This document shows positions 23,266 to 34,891 of a stretch of DNA of 47,435 bases, in pieces. Position 1 is the first letter of the stretch. Every line of letters begins with the position of its first letter. The notes beneath the pieces are model-generated. The model was not told where the DNA came from and ran no database searches. It saw nothing but the letters and a program-made list of their open reading frames with translations. The DNA comes from Octopus bimaculoides (lineage: Eukaryota). The stretch is from NCBI RefSeq assembly GCF_001194135.2, contig NC_068982.1, positions 12,595,032-12,642,466 on the forward strand. Reading direction: 5' to 3'. The position numbers were made by a program, and so were the translations under genes.

Positions 23266-23560
23266 GTGACTTCTAACATAGCCACAGGCTGATCAAAGCT
23301 GTGGAGTTAGTAAATGAAAACTGAAAGAAGCCTGTCATATATGTGCATGTGTTTCTTCCCCACCACTGTTTGACAACTGGTGTTCATTTGCTTATGACCC
23401 TATAACTTAGCAGTTTAGCATAAGAGACTGATAAAATAAGTGCCAGGCTTTAAAAGAAAATGTACTGCAGTCGATTCATTCAACAAAATACTCTTCAAGG
23501 TAGTGCCCCAGCATGGCCACAGTCTACTGACTCAAACAAGTAAAAGCTAAAAGATAACTG
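23266..23560 (+). mobile_element. Headless family A SINE
   Basis: Core ...AAACTGAAAGAAGCCTGTCATAT and 3' half ...CCAGCATGGCCACAGTC...GAAACAAGTAAAAG-like end. Confidence 0.75.
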
Positions 23561-23595
23561 AAGGTTATAGTTCAACATTAAAGCATTCTCATTAA

Positions 23596-23779
23596 CCCTT
23601 TCGTTACCAACCCGTTTTCATAAGTTCTGAATTAAAATCTTCCACCAAACCTTAGTCACAATTTATGTTCCTAACACTAGCTTAATGATAACTAAGTTAT
23701 TTTACTAAATTCTTTGCTATATTTAAAATTAATTGAAAGAAATGCAGAGCAACTCAACAGAAATGTGGTAACAAAAGGG
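23596..23779. mobile_element. TTAA-flanked MITE (piggyBac-like ends)
   Basis: TTAA|CCCTTTCGTTACCA...TGGTAACAAAAGGG|TTAA, a 14-bp TIR with one mismatch. Two more copies at 45703-45890 and 45911-46118. Confidence 0.75.
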
Positions 23780-23799
23780 TTAACAAATGATTAATTTAA

Positions 23800-23878
23800 C
23801 AAGACCATGCTTCATCACCTCATCCCATGTCATCCTGGGTCTACCTCTATCACAGGTTCCCTCCACAGTTAGAGATCA
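23800..23878 (-). mobile_element. RTE LINE ORF2 C-terminal fragment
   Basis: The minus strand translates LTVEGTCDRGRPRMTWDEVMKHGL, the G...RGRPR.TW motif at RTE ORF ends. Confidence 0.65.
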
Positions 23879-24238
23879 GCCTCCTAACAATGATTATTCT
23901 AACATCTTTATTTCGCCCACAGCTTGGCTGTGTAATGCAAACATGCTTATATGTGTGTGTATATATGTGTGTTTGTTATATATGTGTGTGTATATATGTG
24001 TGTGTATATATGTGTGTTTGTTAACTGTTGTTATTTAGGTTGTTATTTTCAAGAGAATTTAAAGATGCTAGAAGCAAAACCTTTATTGATAGGGGACTCA
24101 ACACTTATAAGTAGAGCCAAATTTATAATAGAATTAGTTTTGATGAGGCATCAAGTTTCATCCTACAGATTATTCAAGGTGTTAACTGAAACTTAAAGAG
24201 TCAGTGAAACATATATATACACACACACACATACACAC

Positions 24239-24271
<33 letters not shown>

Positions 24272-24367
24272 TGTATGTATGTATGTATATATGCATGTAC
24301 ATCTATGTATGATATGCATGTGTATATATCCATGTATGTATATGTGTATATTCCTGTATGCATGTGT

Positions 24368-24406
<39 letters not shown>

Positions 24407-25427
24407 TGTGTTTGTGTGTGTACATACACATTTACATAGAAGATATTAAATTCTTTAGAACTTCTGTATTTTATTAATAAGTAAATGCCATGTTTATAAA
24501 TATAGACTAGCAATAATGTGGATTATCTAGTTTAGGAACAGGTGCATATGAAAAGCTAAGCTATAAACAGGAATTGAAATGTTATTGATAATTAATCTCG
24601 AAGATAATGTAATTGATATTCAGAACACTGAGTGCAAAAATGAAGTAAACTTCACAATGCTTGTTGCTTTCAAATTAATCAATAGCATTTATTTCTCTTT
24701 CTTTTTCTTAAGCCATTACTTTCCTGATTTAATACCGAAGATTCATAGAAATTCTTAGAGTAAATTATTTCATAAAATACCTTGTTCAAACAATTATAGA
24801 TCTGATCACATTATATTTGTTGTTACTGTGTCTTAAAAATATTCCCCTGAATTATGAATTCCTTTTGTACTTGTAATTTTCTCTCTCTTTTATGTTTGTT
24901 TTTCTGTATACTGAACAAGGAATATAAATAGGAAAAGTGAAATGCTAATCTGAGATGAATCAATGAAATGGGCAACTATCTTGCTCTTGTGTAAGTGTAA
25001 ATATTTATGCAATTAATGATATGAAGTTAGGTAATGCTGCAGGTTCACATCATAGAGATGTTATTGAAAAAGGCTGAAAGCATTAGACTGTGTTGGTGTA
25101 ATACAAGTTATTTCCTTATTTAATCAGGTTGTACAGAAAACTATTATCCCCAATGACTACTAACATGGCAGTAATATTGTTAGTGGCTTCAATGTGCCTT
25201 AGAAATATAATGGAGAAGGATGTTAGCAGAAATCTCTTAGTGGTGGAACATATCATAGAAGCCACAATCATTGCGAATTTATAACATAAATGAATTTCTA
25301 AATGTTTTGGGATTTTTAGTTCCCAAATTAAGCCCTTTTGCATTTAAACTGGCCATATCTGGCCCAAATATTCTACCAGTTTTATGTTGATACTAACCAC
25401 ATCTAGCCTCTCATACCAACTCTACAA

Positions 25428-26135
25428 CAATTGTTAGCAGTAGTGGACTGGTTAGGTTGCCAGCTTGACCGATCCGATGCCAAGTGGGTCCCTGCGCCGT
25501 TAGAATCCATATATGGAGGTCCATGTTAGTATCTAAGTCGTTCATCCCCTCAAGTTTGAGAATTTTTTATTCACTCCTAGAAGAATGCATTAATTATTTC
25601 AGCCTGGCTGTGTTTGTAGACAGTTGAAAAGAATACTTTTAACAAAAATAAAAATTAAATTAAATGATAGCATTGTAGTTGTAGGTGGGACCCCTTAGTC
25701 TCCTAGCAACCAATATTTTTAGACCCAGTTTGCTACGGCTTATTAGGGTCATCCCTACAGATATTCCACAGAAATTGTAGCCAACTTTCATTTTTGTTGC
25801 AACATTTCATATATGAGACATCAGATGTCAACAAACAATGAGATCGAAGATGAGAAAAGGGTAATAGGCATATATGCCATATTTCGTGGGTTTTGTCCCT
25901 TCATCAGCACCCACCCAGCCCTTTAGGCATCCTCAAACACATTGCTTAAATAGCCAATGTATACAGTAGTGTTTAGTTATTGGATATATCAATTTACATA
26001 TTAAATGATTTCCTGGAAGTTGGTATGTAAATATTAATGACTTGTAAGTATGCAGTATTTTGTCATGCAACTATAATATTTTATAAAGTATATTAAACGA
26101 AATACTGTTTGCCTACAAGTCATTAATATCTACTG
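25428..26135 (-). mobile_element. About 700-bp hammerhead-bearing insert (Penelope-like 5' fragment, inferred) splitting a MITE
   Basis: The MITE halves at 25329-25427 and 26136-26211 are colinear with 12235-12470. Possible TACAA duplication at 25423-25427 and 26136-26140. Flanks of the hammerhead motif resemble 14610-14740. Confidence 0.55.
25865..25914 (-). ncRNA. Degenerate minimal hammerhead motif, same family as 14655-14705
   Basis: GUGGGUG-CUGAUGA-AGGG(ACAAAA)CCCAC-GAAA-UAUGGCAUA-UA-UGCCU. Confidence 0.6.
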
Positions 26136-26211
26136 TACAATGTCATTCTAAAAAACGAACGATCATGTCATTGAAATCTTGAAGCTACAGGATAATGCAA
26201 GATTAATTCAA

Positions 26212-26724
26212 AACAAGAGTATTCAGAGAGCACAAACCTCCGCCAAGGCAACACCGATATCCTCTCAACTATTAGCCGGAGATGATTTTTAAAATGAGAA
26301 TATCTGAAATAACTTAGACTGCTCTCACAAACGAGAGTGCTAAAAATGAACTTGACTGCTCTCAAAAATTAAGTAAAAAAACGGAATAAATAATTCAGAA
26401 TCCCAAAGTCTAATCAGTTTGTGCCAGTCACGAGGTCAAACATCCCTAAAGGTTTCATTCCAATCTATTCACCGGTTCTTGAGATATCTTGTCCATGGAC
26501 AAACAAACACGACTGAAAACAATACCTCTGTCTTAGTGAAGGTGGAGGTAACAAGAACGCTCAGAGAGCACAAACCTCCATCAAAGCAACACCAATGTCC
26601 TCTCAATGAATAGCCAGAGGTGATTTTTAAAATGAGAATATCTGAAATAAACTCGACTGCTCTCATAAATGAGAATACTAAAAATGAACCCGACTGCTCT
26701 AAAAAATTAAGTAAAAAAACGGAA
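26212..26724 (+). mobile_element. Helentron-associated-type non-autonomous element: one full unit (26212-26551) plus a head-to-tail partial unit (26550-26724)
   Basis: 175-bp direct repeat with period 338. Units start AACAAGA. Subterminal CCTCCGCC (26237-26244) is inverted to GGTGGAGG (26541-26548). 3' hairpin TACCTCTGTC-TTAGTGAA-GGTGGAGGTA. GGACAAACAAACACG satellite-like core. Confidence 0.6.
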
Positions 26725-26855
26725 CAGCTTCTTCATGAGATTAACATGCAAGTGGCTGAGCACTCCACAGACACGTGTACCCTTAACGTAGTTCTCGGGG
26801 ATATTCAGCGTGACACAAAGTGTGACAAGGCTGGCCCTTTGAAATACAGGTACTA
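26725..26855 (-). mobile_element. Fragment of the 3' module found in the SINE at 34487-34891; another copy at about 39340-39520
   Basis: Near-identical GCAAGTGGCTGAGCACTCCACAGACACGTGTACCCTTAAC...CAGCGTGACACA. Confidence 0.8.
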
Positions 26856-26880
26856 CTTATTTTTTATGCCAGCTATATAC

Positions 26881-27008
26881 GATGGACTTCTTTCAGTTTC
26901 TGTCTACCAAATCTACTTTCAAGGCACTTGTCCAAGGTAGCAGGCAGTGGGACTGAACCCAGAACCATTTGTTTGGGAAGCAAGCTTTTTACCACACAGC
27001 CACACCTG
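26881..27008 (-). mobile_element. Family A SINE 5' half with internal deletion
   Basis: Reverse complement of the tRNA head (GGGACTGAACC; CCACACAGCCA) and core. Confidence 0.8.
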
Positions 27009-27554
27009 TACCTACGTGGATATGTAATGCAAATTAATACACCTAAGTGTGAGATTCTGCATTGGACTTTACCTCTCTCAAAAGCAAACCCAAGAACACC
27101 TGGATAGAAATAGGGTGTCAAGATCAGAGTCCGTTGAAGATTGAAACATAGGATCAACCTAAGCCAAAACAGGAAAATTTTAAACACACCAAATGGTCAA
27201 GATTTATAATTCTTTACCATTTTGTTTTATCTTTATGAATAAAACATTGGATTACATGATTTTGCACATGATCATGTTTCTTGCTTCTTAAAATTGGTAC
27301 AATGATGGTTATTATTTATTTAATTGTTATTAATCTTCTTTTTGTAATTGAATAAAATTTATTTTACATAATCCTCTGAGATATAATTTCAACATGTAAA
27401 ATTATCATTAGATTTTGTATTTGCTTAAATTTTTGTTCAATTTTAAAATAAAATATAATTTGTATAAAATAATTTTTAGCATTTGAATTGCAATGCAAAA
27501 ATAATTTAATGAAAATGTAGAAAAATAATTACTTTTCATGGCTCAATCAGAGGA

Positions 27555-27760
27555 AGAAGAGCAGTGAGCAGGCATAAATGTTAGCATGCTGGGTATTTTG
27601 TTTGTCCTTATGTTCTAAGTTCAAATTCCGCCAAGGTCAACTTTGCCTTTCGTCCTTTCGGGGTTGATAAATTAAGCACCAGTTACATACTGGGGTTGAT
27701 CTAATCGACTGGCCCCCACTCCCCAAAAACTTCAGGCCTTGTACCTAGAGTAGAAAAAGA
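27555..27760 (+). mobile_element. tRNA-derived SINE (family B) with Meta/MESC-like central domain
   Basis: B box GTTCAAATTCC, then AACTTTGCCTTTCGTCCTTTCGGGGTTGATAAATTAAGCACCAG. Other copies at 33300-33500 (-), 33505-33722 (-), 37120-37270 (+), 46335-46545 (+) and a deleted copy at 29370-29480 (-). Confidence 0.8.
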
Positions 27761-27790
27761 CATATATATATACATATACACCTACATGTA

Positions 27791-27935
27791 ATGGGCATCT
27801 TTCAATTTCTGTCTATGAAATCTATTCACAAGGCTTTACTCAGCCCTAGAAGGCACTATCCCAAGGTGTCACACAGTAGGATTGAACTCAGAACTATGTA
27901 GATGGGAAGTAAACTTCTTACCCTAGGCCAAGCCC
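27791..27935 (-). mobile_element. Family A SINE 5' half
   Basis: Reverse core CTTTCAATTTCTGTCTATGAAATCTATTCACAAGGC and head. Confidence 0.75.
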
Positions 27936-28033
27936 TGTACCTGGTATAAAAATATTCTTGCCGCAATTGGACTCTATTTAGTGCGTGTAAGGTGATAATG
28001 TAAAACTGAGTGATGAATGAACATGACCAGCCA

Positions 28034-28222
28034 CAGAAGCATAGCTGTGTGGTAAGAAGATTGCTCCCCAACCACGTAGTTCCAGGTTCAGTACCACTAT
28101 ATATCACTTTATGCCAAGTGTCTTTTACTATATAGTTCTACTATAACTCCAAGTCAATCAAAGTCTTGTGAATGGATTTCATTGACAGAAACTGAAAAGA
28201 GGCCCACTGAAACACACACACA

Positions 28223-28257
<35 letters not shown>

Positions 28258-28258
28258 G

Positions 28259-28299
<41 letters not shown>

Positions 28300-28404
28300 C
28301 GTTTGTAGGCCAACAGGTTTTGGAGTCTGATGATACACCATAAAGTTAAAACCTTCATGGACAGGAGACCCAGGATAGTTCCATAAACCAGCCTTCCCCA
28401 GTAA

Positions 28405-28449
<45 letters not shown>

Positions 28450-28690
28450 GTATTTACATGTTTATGTATGTGTTGTTGTGTTTATGTCTGTCTCCATCAT
28501 CACTTGGTAATTGATGCTGATTTGTTTATGTACATCTAACCTTGCGGTTTGGCAGTAGAGTCCAATAGAAAAACTACCAGGCTTTAAGATAAGTCCTGGG
28601 ATCAATTCGATGGACTGAGACCTTTCAAAGCAGTGTTCCTGCATGGCTGCTATCCAATGATCAAAAGAAGTAAAAGATAAAGATAAAAGA
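28034..28690 (+). mobile_element. Family A SINE expanded by internal microsatellites and a roughly 110-bp insert
   Basis: Head at 28034-28205, repeats and insert at 28205-28500, 3' half at 28500-28690. Confidence 0.75.
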
Positions 28691-29061
28691 TGATATAGAT
28701 GCATGTATGTGCATACGCATGTGCACATTTATGTGTGTGTTTATTATGAGCTGATGTGTGACAATCTAAAATAGTAATGTTGTAGCAACATAGAAACAAG
28801 GAAATTTCAGCTTTGACACTTGCATGGTTATTAGACATGGCCATGTGTGGAAACTTCAAATCACAATAATTCTTGCAGAAGCCAATATTCACACCCAGAA
28901 TACAACAATCAACCACTTTATAGTACATACCTAATGGTTGTTCTCTTACTTTATCCAATATGGTTCATTTAGCAGTGTGACACTAAAATATTGATAAATG
29001 CACATTATACACACATGCCAACGATGCATGTGAAATACATGTGACAAATCAATGTGTGTGT

Positions 29062-29112
<51 letters not shown>

Positions 29113-29699
29113 GCCAAAATAAAATGTGCTACACCTAATACAAAAGTACTCCTTTCTATGGTTTGTACTGATATTATTGAATAAATGATTACTAAAATAA
29201 GAAGGCAGTAATTAAATTATGGAATACATTAATGATTGCTTCCAATTTCTGTCTAATAATCTACTATGAATGACGAAACAAATAAAAAAGTAATATATCT
29301 TGAATTTTGTACACTAATGAGACATTTATTAATCATTAAATAGTTCAAGATTTGAAAACATAATTTAAAATAATACAGGTTCCAAATTTTGGTACAAGGC
29401 CAAACCTGAAAGGATGAAAGGTAAAGTGTACCCTGGCGGAATTTTAACTAATTCTGCCAGTTTGCTGCCTTGTAAGTTAAAATAATAATAAATTGTTTAT
29501 GTACATAACTAATAACAGCAAATGTTTCATCACTGCCTGTCAAATCTGTGCAGTTGTAGTGTTGGTTGCAGAAATGACTGTGAGTTGTGATTGGCAACTG
29601 ATGATGATAAATATGCATCAAATTTGTGCAACAGCTATTAATCAAATGCATCCAATATGTGTCTAGTCTGCAATGATGCAAGGTAATTCCATAACTGAT

Positions 29700-30080
29700 T
29701 CTGATTTTGGTGCTATTTCTCTTGACCCTTATCTCTTTGGATCAAGTCACTCTTAAACTGCGTTTCTTCACAATTCCACCATAAATCCATTTAGTTTTAC
29801 TTCAGTAATCCCTGACAAATACTGATCATCCAGTATATAATTTATTGGAACTGTTTCTTCTCCATTCCCAACATAGTGTGGCATCAATAATGACAATCAT
29901 TCATGACTGTCAGCCCTGTATCAATTAAGCTGATGACTTTCCATCCAATGCTAGATATAGTACAATGATATGGAAATAGGAAAAAAATTTTATGTCCTTC
30001 CACCAAAGAATGGTTTCCATGTCATGCTTCTCAGCTTCTTTGTTTGAGTGTCAGAGTAAAGTGTTCTGCTTCACTGTTTC
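29700..30080 (-). mobile_element. Possible decayed hAT transposase remnant
   Basis: Broken frames contain YLALDG..S..(A)*LIQG, reminiscent of the SLALDES.D...QL.IFIRG motif of Charlie/SPIN-type hATs. Confidence 0.25.
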
Positions 30081-30094
30081 GTTTGTCATTATAC

Positions 30095-30350
30095 GACTGC
30101 TTTCCATGCCAGCATGGGTTGGACGGTTTGACTGAGGACTGGCAAGCCAGGAGGTTGCACCAGGCTCTAATCTGATCTGGCAAGGTTTCTATGGCTGGAT
30201 GTCCTTCCTAACGCCAACCACTCCAAGGGTGTAGTGGGTACTTTTTATGTGTCACCGGCACGTGAGCCAGTCAGGCAGTACTGGTAATGACTACACTCAA
30301 ATGGTGCTTTTTATGTGCCACTGACATGGGAACCGGACAGGCAAAACAAT
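30095..30350 (-). mobile_element. Family D SINE copy with 66-bp internal repeats
   Basis: TTTCCATGCCAGCATGGGTTGGACGGTTTGA. TTTTTATGTG recurs at 30242 and 30308. Confidence 0.8.
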
Positions 30351-30719
30351 GATACAATTTGTCGAATTGGAACTTATTGCAAAGCTGCATGATAAACAGC
30401 AGTACCACCATCATCGCCACATCTGCCAAACACACACACACACACACCATTCAGACTTCTGATGCCACCACCATCAATACCATTGACTTCACATCACTTA
30501 CTCTCATTAATATCCCTGACCACCACCACCACCACCATCGCCTGCACCTCTATCACAACTACAGCTCATACTATTACTATTGCTCCATTACCATCAGTGT
30601 TCAGTATGTTAGTTCAGCATGCTGGTTAAGTGTTCAGTCCCTTTTTCTGTCACATACTCACTCTTTGTCTCTCTTCCTCTCCTTCTCTCCCTCTCTTTTT
30701 CTTTCTCTCTTCTTTTAAA

Positions 30720-30798
30720 TATAAGAAATAATAATTTTCCATTTTTACTTTTGTTTAAAAGTATGTTAACCCCCATGTACCCAGACTTTGTGGACACC

Positions 30799-30801
<3 letters not shown>
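30720..30801. mobile_element. Orphan Tc1/mariner-superfamily terminus
   Basis: Ends GGACACCCTG|TA (TA|CAGGGTGTCC on minus), the same terminal type as 22519. No partner end was found. Confidence 0.45.
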
Positions 30802-30843
<42 letters not shown>

Positions 30844-31029
30844 CACACATATATATATATACGTATATATATATAAATATATACATATATATGCTTTTAT
30901 TTTTTCTTTTGAATTCTTCCCCAATGAAGAAGGAACCTCTTTCTAGCTTATGCACAAAACTGCTATTTGATTTTAGATAACATCAAACAGAGTAGTCTTG
31001 TACGTGTGTACATATGTATGTGTGTGTGT

Positions 31030-31067
<38 letters not shown>

Positions 31068-33299
31068 CTGTTACCGAAATAAAGTATGTTATATGAAATC
31101 TAACAACTACAAATTAAATGAAGGCAACATGAGATATAAAATTTATATCTAACAGCAAAATGATGCTTGAAACTAGTTCTAGCAAAGGACTTTATGTCAG
31201 CAAGCTGGATGAAAGATTTTATGTAAATCAATAGAATATTAGAAAATAAACATCACAAATATTCATATATTTTATCTGAGTTTGCGCTTTCTATTGATTG
31301 TCAAAATTTCATATTGCTGTGTAACTATGATGTAAAAAGTCAATCTCTCTTTTGCTCCCAACCATGTATGATTCTAGGATACAAAACGTCTCATTTGAAA
31401 ATGTTTGTATTGAAATCAAAACAGTCCATTTTAATTTTATGGAAAAAAATATTTATATCATATTCTAAGCACCAACTAAATAATGGAAAACTTATTTTAA
31501 TGACTCTCTGGAAATTCTTGATTAGTTTGAAAATTGACTGTGCATTTTGTCAAGAATATGGCATTAGATAAAAACGGTTCTGGTCAAGAGGTGATGTGTT
31601 ATTAGTGAATGTCCAGTTTAGTGATATCATTTAAACTTATGACTAACATAAATGAAATGCATATACAAATATAAATCCGAAATTGAGCTTAACAGCTATC
31701 AAATTCACAACACTCGTAGTTATAGCCCTATACTTTTTAGATACAAACAGTTCTAGCTTTATTGTTTTTTTTCTTTTTTTCTTTTCTCTGCATTCCTGCA
31801 TGTGATTTTATCAACTAACCATAGCATACACATTATAGAAGATGACAGGTAGTAATATTTTTCAGTCTTTATCAGTCAGCAGATGAAAATAAGATGAATA
31901 TTCCCCAATGAGGTATAGAGAATGAAACTTGAAGGAAGATAGGGTAAATATTACCAATTTACTCTGAAATTATTATTGGCAAAAAGAAACAACCTCTGTA
32001 TAAAAGCAAAACAAAGGGAAATAGGAATAGAAACAGAAATATACACATTTTGTAATTCTTTTATATTTTGGCAAGAAGGTTTAGCGTAATGGTCATTGAA
32101 TATCTAAGTAGCAACAAAGAAAAATACATGATATCTTATAGCTGTAAGGCAGGTTATTGCAAAGAAAATATCATTCTTAGGTCAAAATGGTTATCAAAAC
32201 TGAAAATGAAGAAATCTTTACACAAAGCAACAAGCATAAAAGAAACATCTGAAAGACACATCAAAAGAAACTAAATACTGAATGTATTCAATAGTCAGTG
32301 GGAGGGTAAGAATAAAAATAATGCAAAAACATTATTAGAATATAGAGTTGAAGTCAAAACCTATAGCTAAAATAAGAAGGAAGAGCAAAGACATTAATGG
32401 TCAGCAAGAAAGAAATGAGGGGAAAAAAAGGGGGGAAAAAAGATCAAATGAATACATAATGTAAGAATTTCTTTTGATGAAAAGCTTCTGAGAATAAAGC
32501 TGCTGAATGTAAAACACTGAAAGTTACCGGCAGCACTGAGCAGAGAGATTGTAAATAAAGTTAATCAATGATAAGAGAGAAAAGAAGAGGAAAGAGAAGA
32601 AGAATTCGATGAAGCCATCGAACTAATGTATACTGCAATAAGGTAATAATAATCTGATAAGGATGTAAACATTTTAACTAAACAGGAAATGATAATACAA
32701 TCATAACTACAAGGTTATGATAGAGAGAAAGAGAGAGAGAAGAGTGAGAGAGAGAAAGAAATCTGCTTTAATCACAACTTAGAGACAAGATTCTATCTCA
32801 CATGTTGGGTTGCTATGTTTTATTTTTTATTATTTTTTTTTATTGTGGTTGTTGTTGTTGTTGTTATAAAGAGCAAAATTGCTTGAATATTGTTCTTTTA
32901 ATGGTGGAAGCCTGGTGGCAAAGAGTTTAGACTATTGACCAAAGATCATATATATTCAAACACTGCAAACACTGATATTGTATTCTTCTTCCCTGGAGCA
33001 ATGAACATTATTTTGTTTACAATAACTAACCTTGGTAAAATTAGGTACCAAAACAAGCTGTTGTTGTTGTTGTTAATGTTAAGCCCCTAGGTCAGCCCTG
33101 GCCGAGCAGACATATATATGATCAAAGATATTCTATCCATGCCAATCCCATATTTGTATATATATCTAGGATTACATTTGTCATTGTGTTCCACCTCCTT
33201 TTAGCATGTGAAAGAATTTTGTTGCTATTTCTAGTAGGTTGGATTCCCATGCAAAGATTTCTTTATTGGCTCAACCAAAAGAAATATCAGTCTCAAATA

Positions 33300-33722
33300 T
33301 TGGCTCAAGGCCAGTATTTTGGGGTGAAAGGGGCATGTCAATTACATTGACCTCGGTATGCAACTGGTACTTATTTTATTGACCTCGAAAGGATGAAAGG
33401 CAAAGTGGACTTTGGCAGGGTTTGAACTCAGAATGTAAAGTTGGATGAAATGTTGCCAAGCATTTGGTCCAACATGCAAATGATTCTACTAGCTCACTGT
33501 TAGAATATTCTTTTCTACTCTAGGCACAAGGCCCAAAATTTTTGTGGAGAGGGCTGGTCAATTAGATCGACCCCAGTACGCATCTGTTACTTAATTTATC
33601 GACTCCAAAAAGACAAAAGGCAAAGTCAACGTTGGTGGAATTTGAACTCAGAACATAAAGACAGACGAAATACCGCTAAGCATTTTGCCCAGTGTGCTAA
33701 CATTTTTGCCAGCTCGCCGCCT
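33300..33722 (-). mobile_element. Two tandem family B SINEs (older 33300-33500, younger 33505-33722)
   Basis: Both contain GAAAGG(A)TGAAAGGCAAAGT..ATTTGAACTCAGAA. The second is close to consensus with head GGCGAGCTGGCA. Confidence 0.85.
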
Positions 33723-34486
33723 TTCACTGCTAGAATATTATTGGCAGAAAACATCCAATTACTCTCCACCTTTGAGCTAATGTTACTTTTTTGCTGCTCA
33801 TTATCACCAGTATCATCATCATCATTATCATCACCATATATACTCACATCCATCCTACCAGCCATTCCATCTCTTGAACATCTCATCACCTTACTCTTAG
33901 CTACATCTCCTCTTTATGTTCATTTTTTTTTTCCATAGTTTGGACAAGCCCCTTAGTGTTTCACCACACACTATGTGGTCCTTCAACCCATCACCTACTT
34001 TGATCCTACATTTCATCAACTACTGCAGTCCTTCATCTCACTATTTATCAATGGTCCTTTGTCTTGTCTCTTGCTATGGCTGTTTGTCACCTGGCACATA
34101 CAACAGAAAAAAAACTATCAATTCTGTTGCTACGTATGTCTTACAGTGCAGACTGGATGCACTTTATCCTGCCTCTGCCATTAGAGAGGGTGGATGTTGC
34201 TGGCCTAAAGGCTTTCTTCTGCCTTGTACCCATTCTTATTCAAAGTTCCTGTCATCCTAGACAGGTAACATAAAATTCCATTTGTTAATTCTATTTCTAC
34301 TTCACATGTTTCATTCTTGGTGTGGTTTGTATGGTCAGATGCCCTTCCAGTCACCAGACACTCTACATTGGTAACTGCATGTACTTCATCATGCCACTGG
34401 CACAAGACATTAACTGTGACAGGTTTAATGAATCCTATTTACGCTGTGTTCATTTTTATTTAGCATTACTACTCTCCTTGATGGGT

Positions 34487-34891
34487 TTGTTGTTGCTGGC
34501 ACTCCGTCACTTACGACGTCAAGGGTTCCAGTTGATCCGATCAACAGTACAACCTGCTCCTGAAATTAACGTGCAAGTGGCTGAGCACTCCACAGACACG
34601 TGTACCCTTAACATAGTTCTCGGGAGATATTCAGCGTGACACAGAGTGTGACAAGGCTGACCCTTTGAATTACAGGCAGAACAGAAACAGGAAGTAAGAG
34701 TGAGAGAAAGTTGCGGTGAAAGACTACAGCAGGGTTCGCCACCATCCCCTGCCGGAGCCTCGTGGAACTTTAGATGTTTTCGCACAATAAACACTCACAA
34801 CGCCCGATCTGGGAATTGAAACCGCAATCCTTTGACCGCAATCCTATGACCGCAAGTCTGCTGCCCTAACTACTGGGCCATTGCACCTCCA
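34487..34891 (-). mobile_element. Full-length SINE with family C head and an alternative 3' module ending in (CAA)n
   Basis: 34680-34891 aligns with 7965-8162, while 34487-34680 is a different module. The tail GTGCCAGCAACAACAA is on the minus strand. Confidence 0.85.

Noticed and set aside
24080-24100. LLIGDS as a GDSL/SGNH esterase motif
   Set aside because: No other SGNH blocks were found nearby, and a six-residue match alone is insufficient.
28950-28982. LLNEP as a glycoside hydrolase NEP catalytic motif
   Set aside because: The adjoining candidate exons do not resemble GH1 or GH5 sequences.
31560-31590. DKNGSG peptide resembling an EF-hand loop
   Set aside because: It lacks the flanking helices and the position-12 acidic residue in a supported exon. 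Likely chance.
32040-32700. A-rich stretch with short open frames
   Set aside because: It is possibly a very old LINE remnant, but no diagnostic motif could be read.
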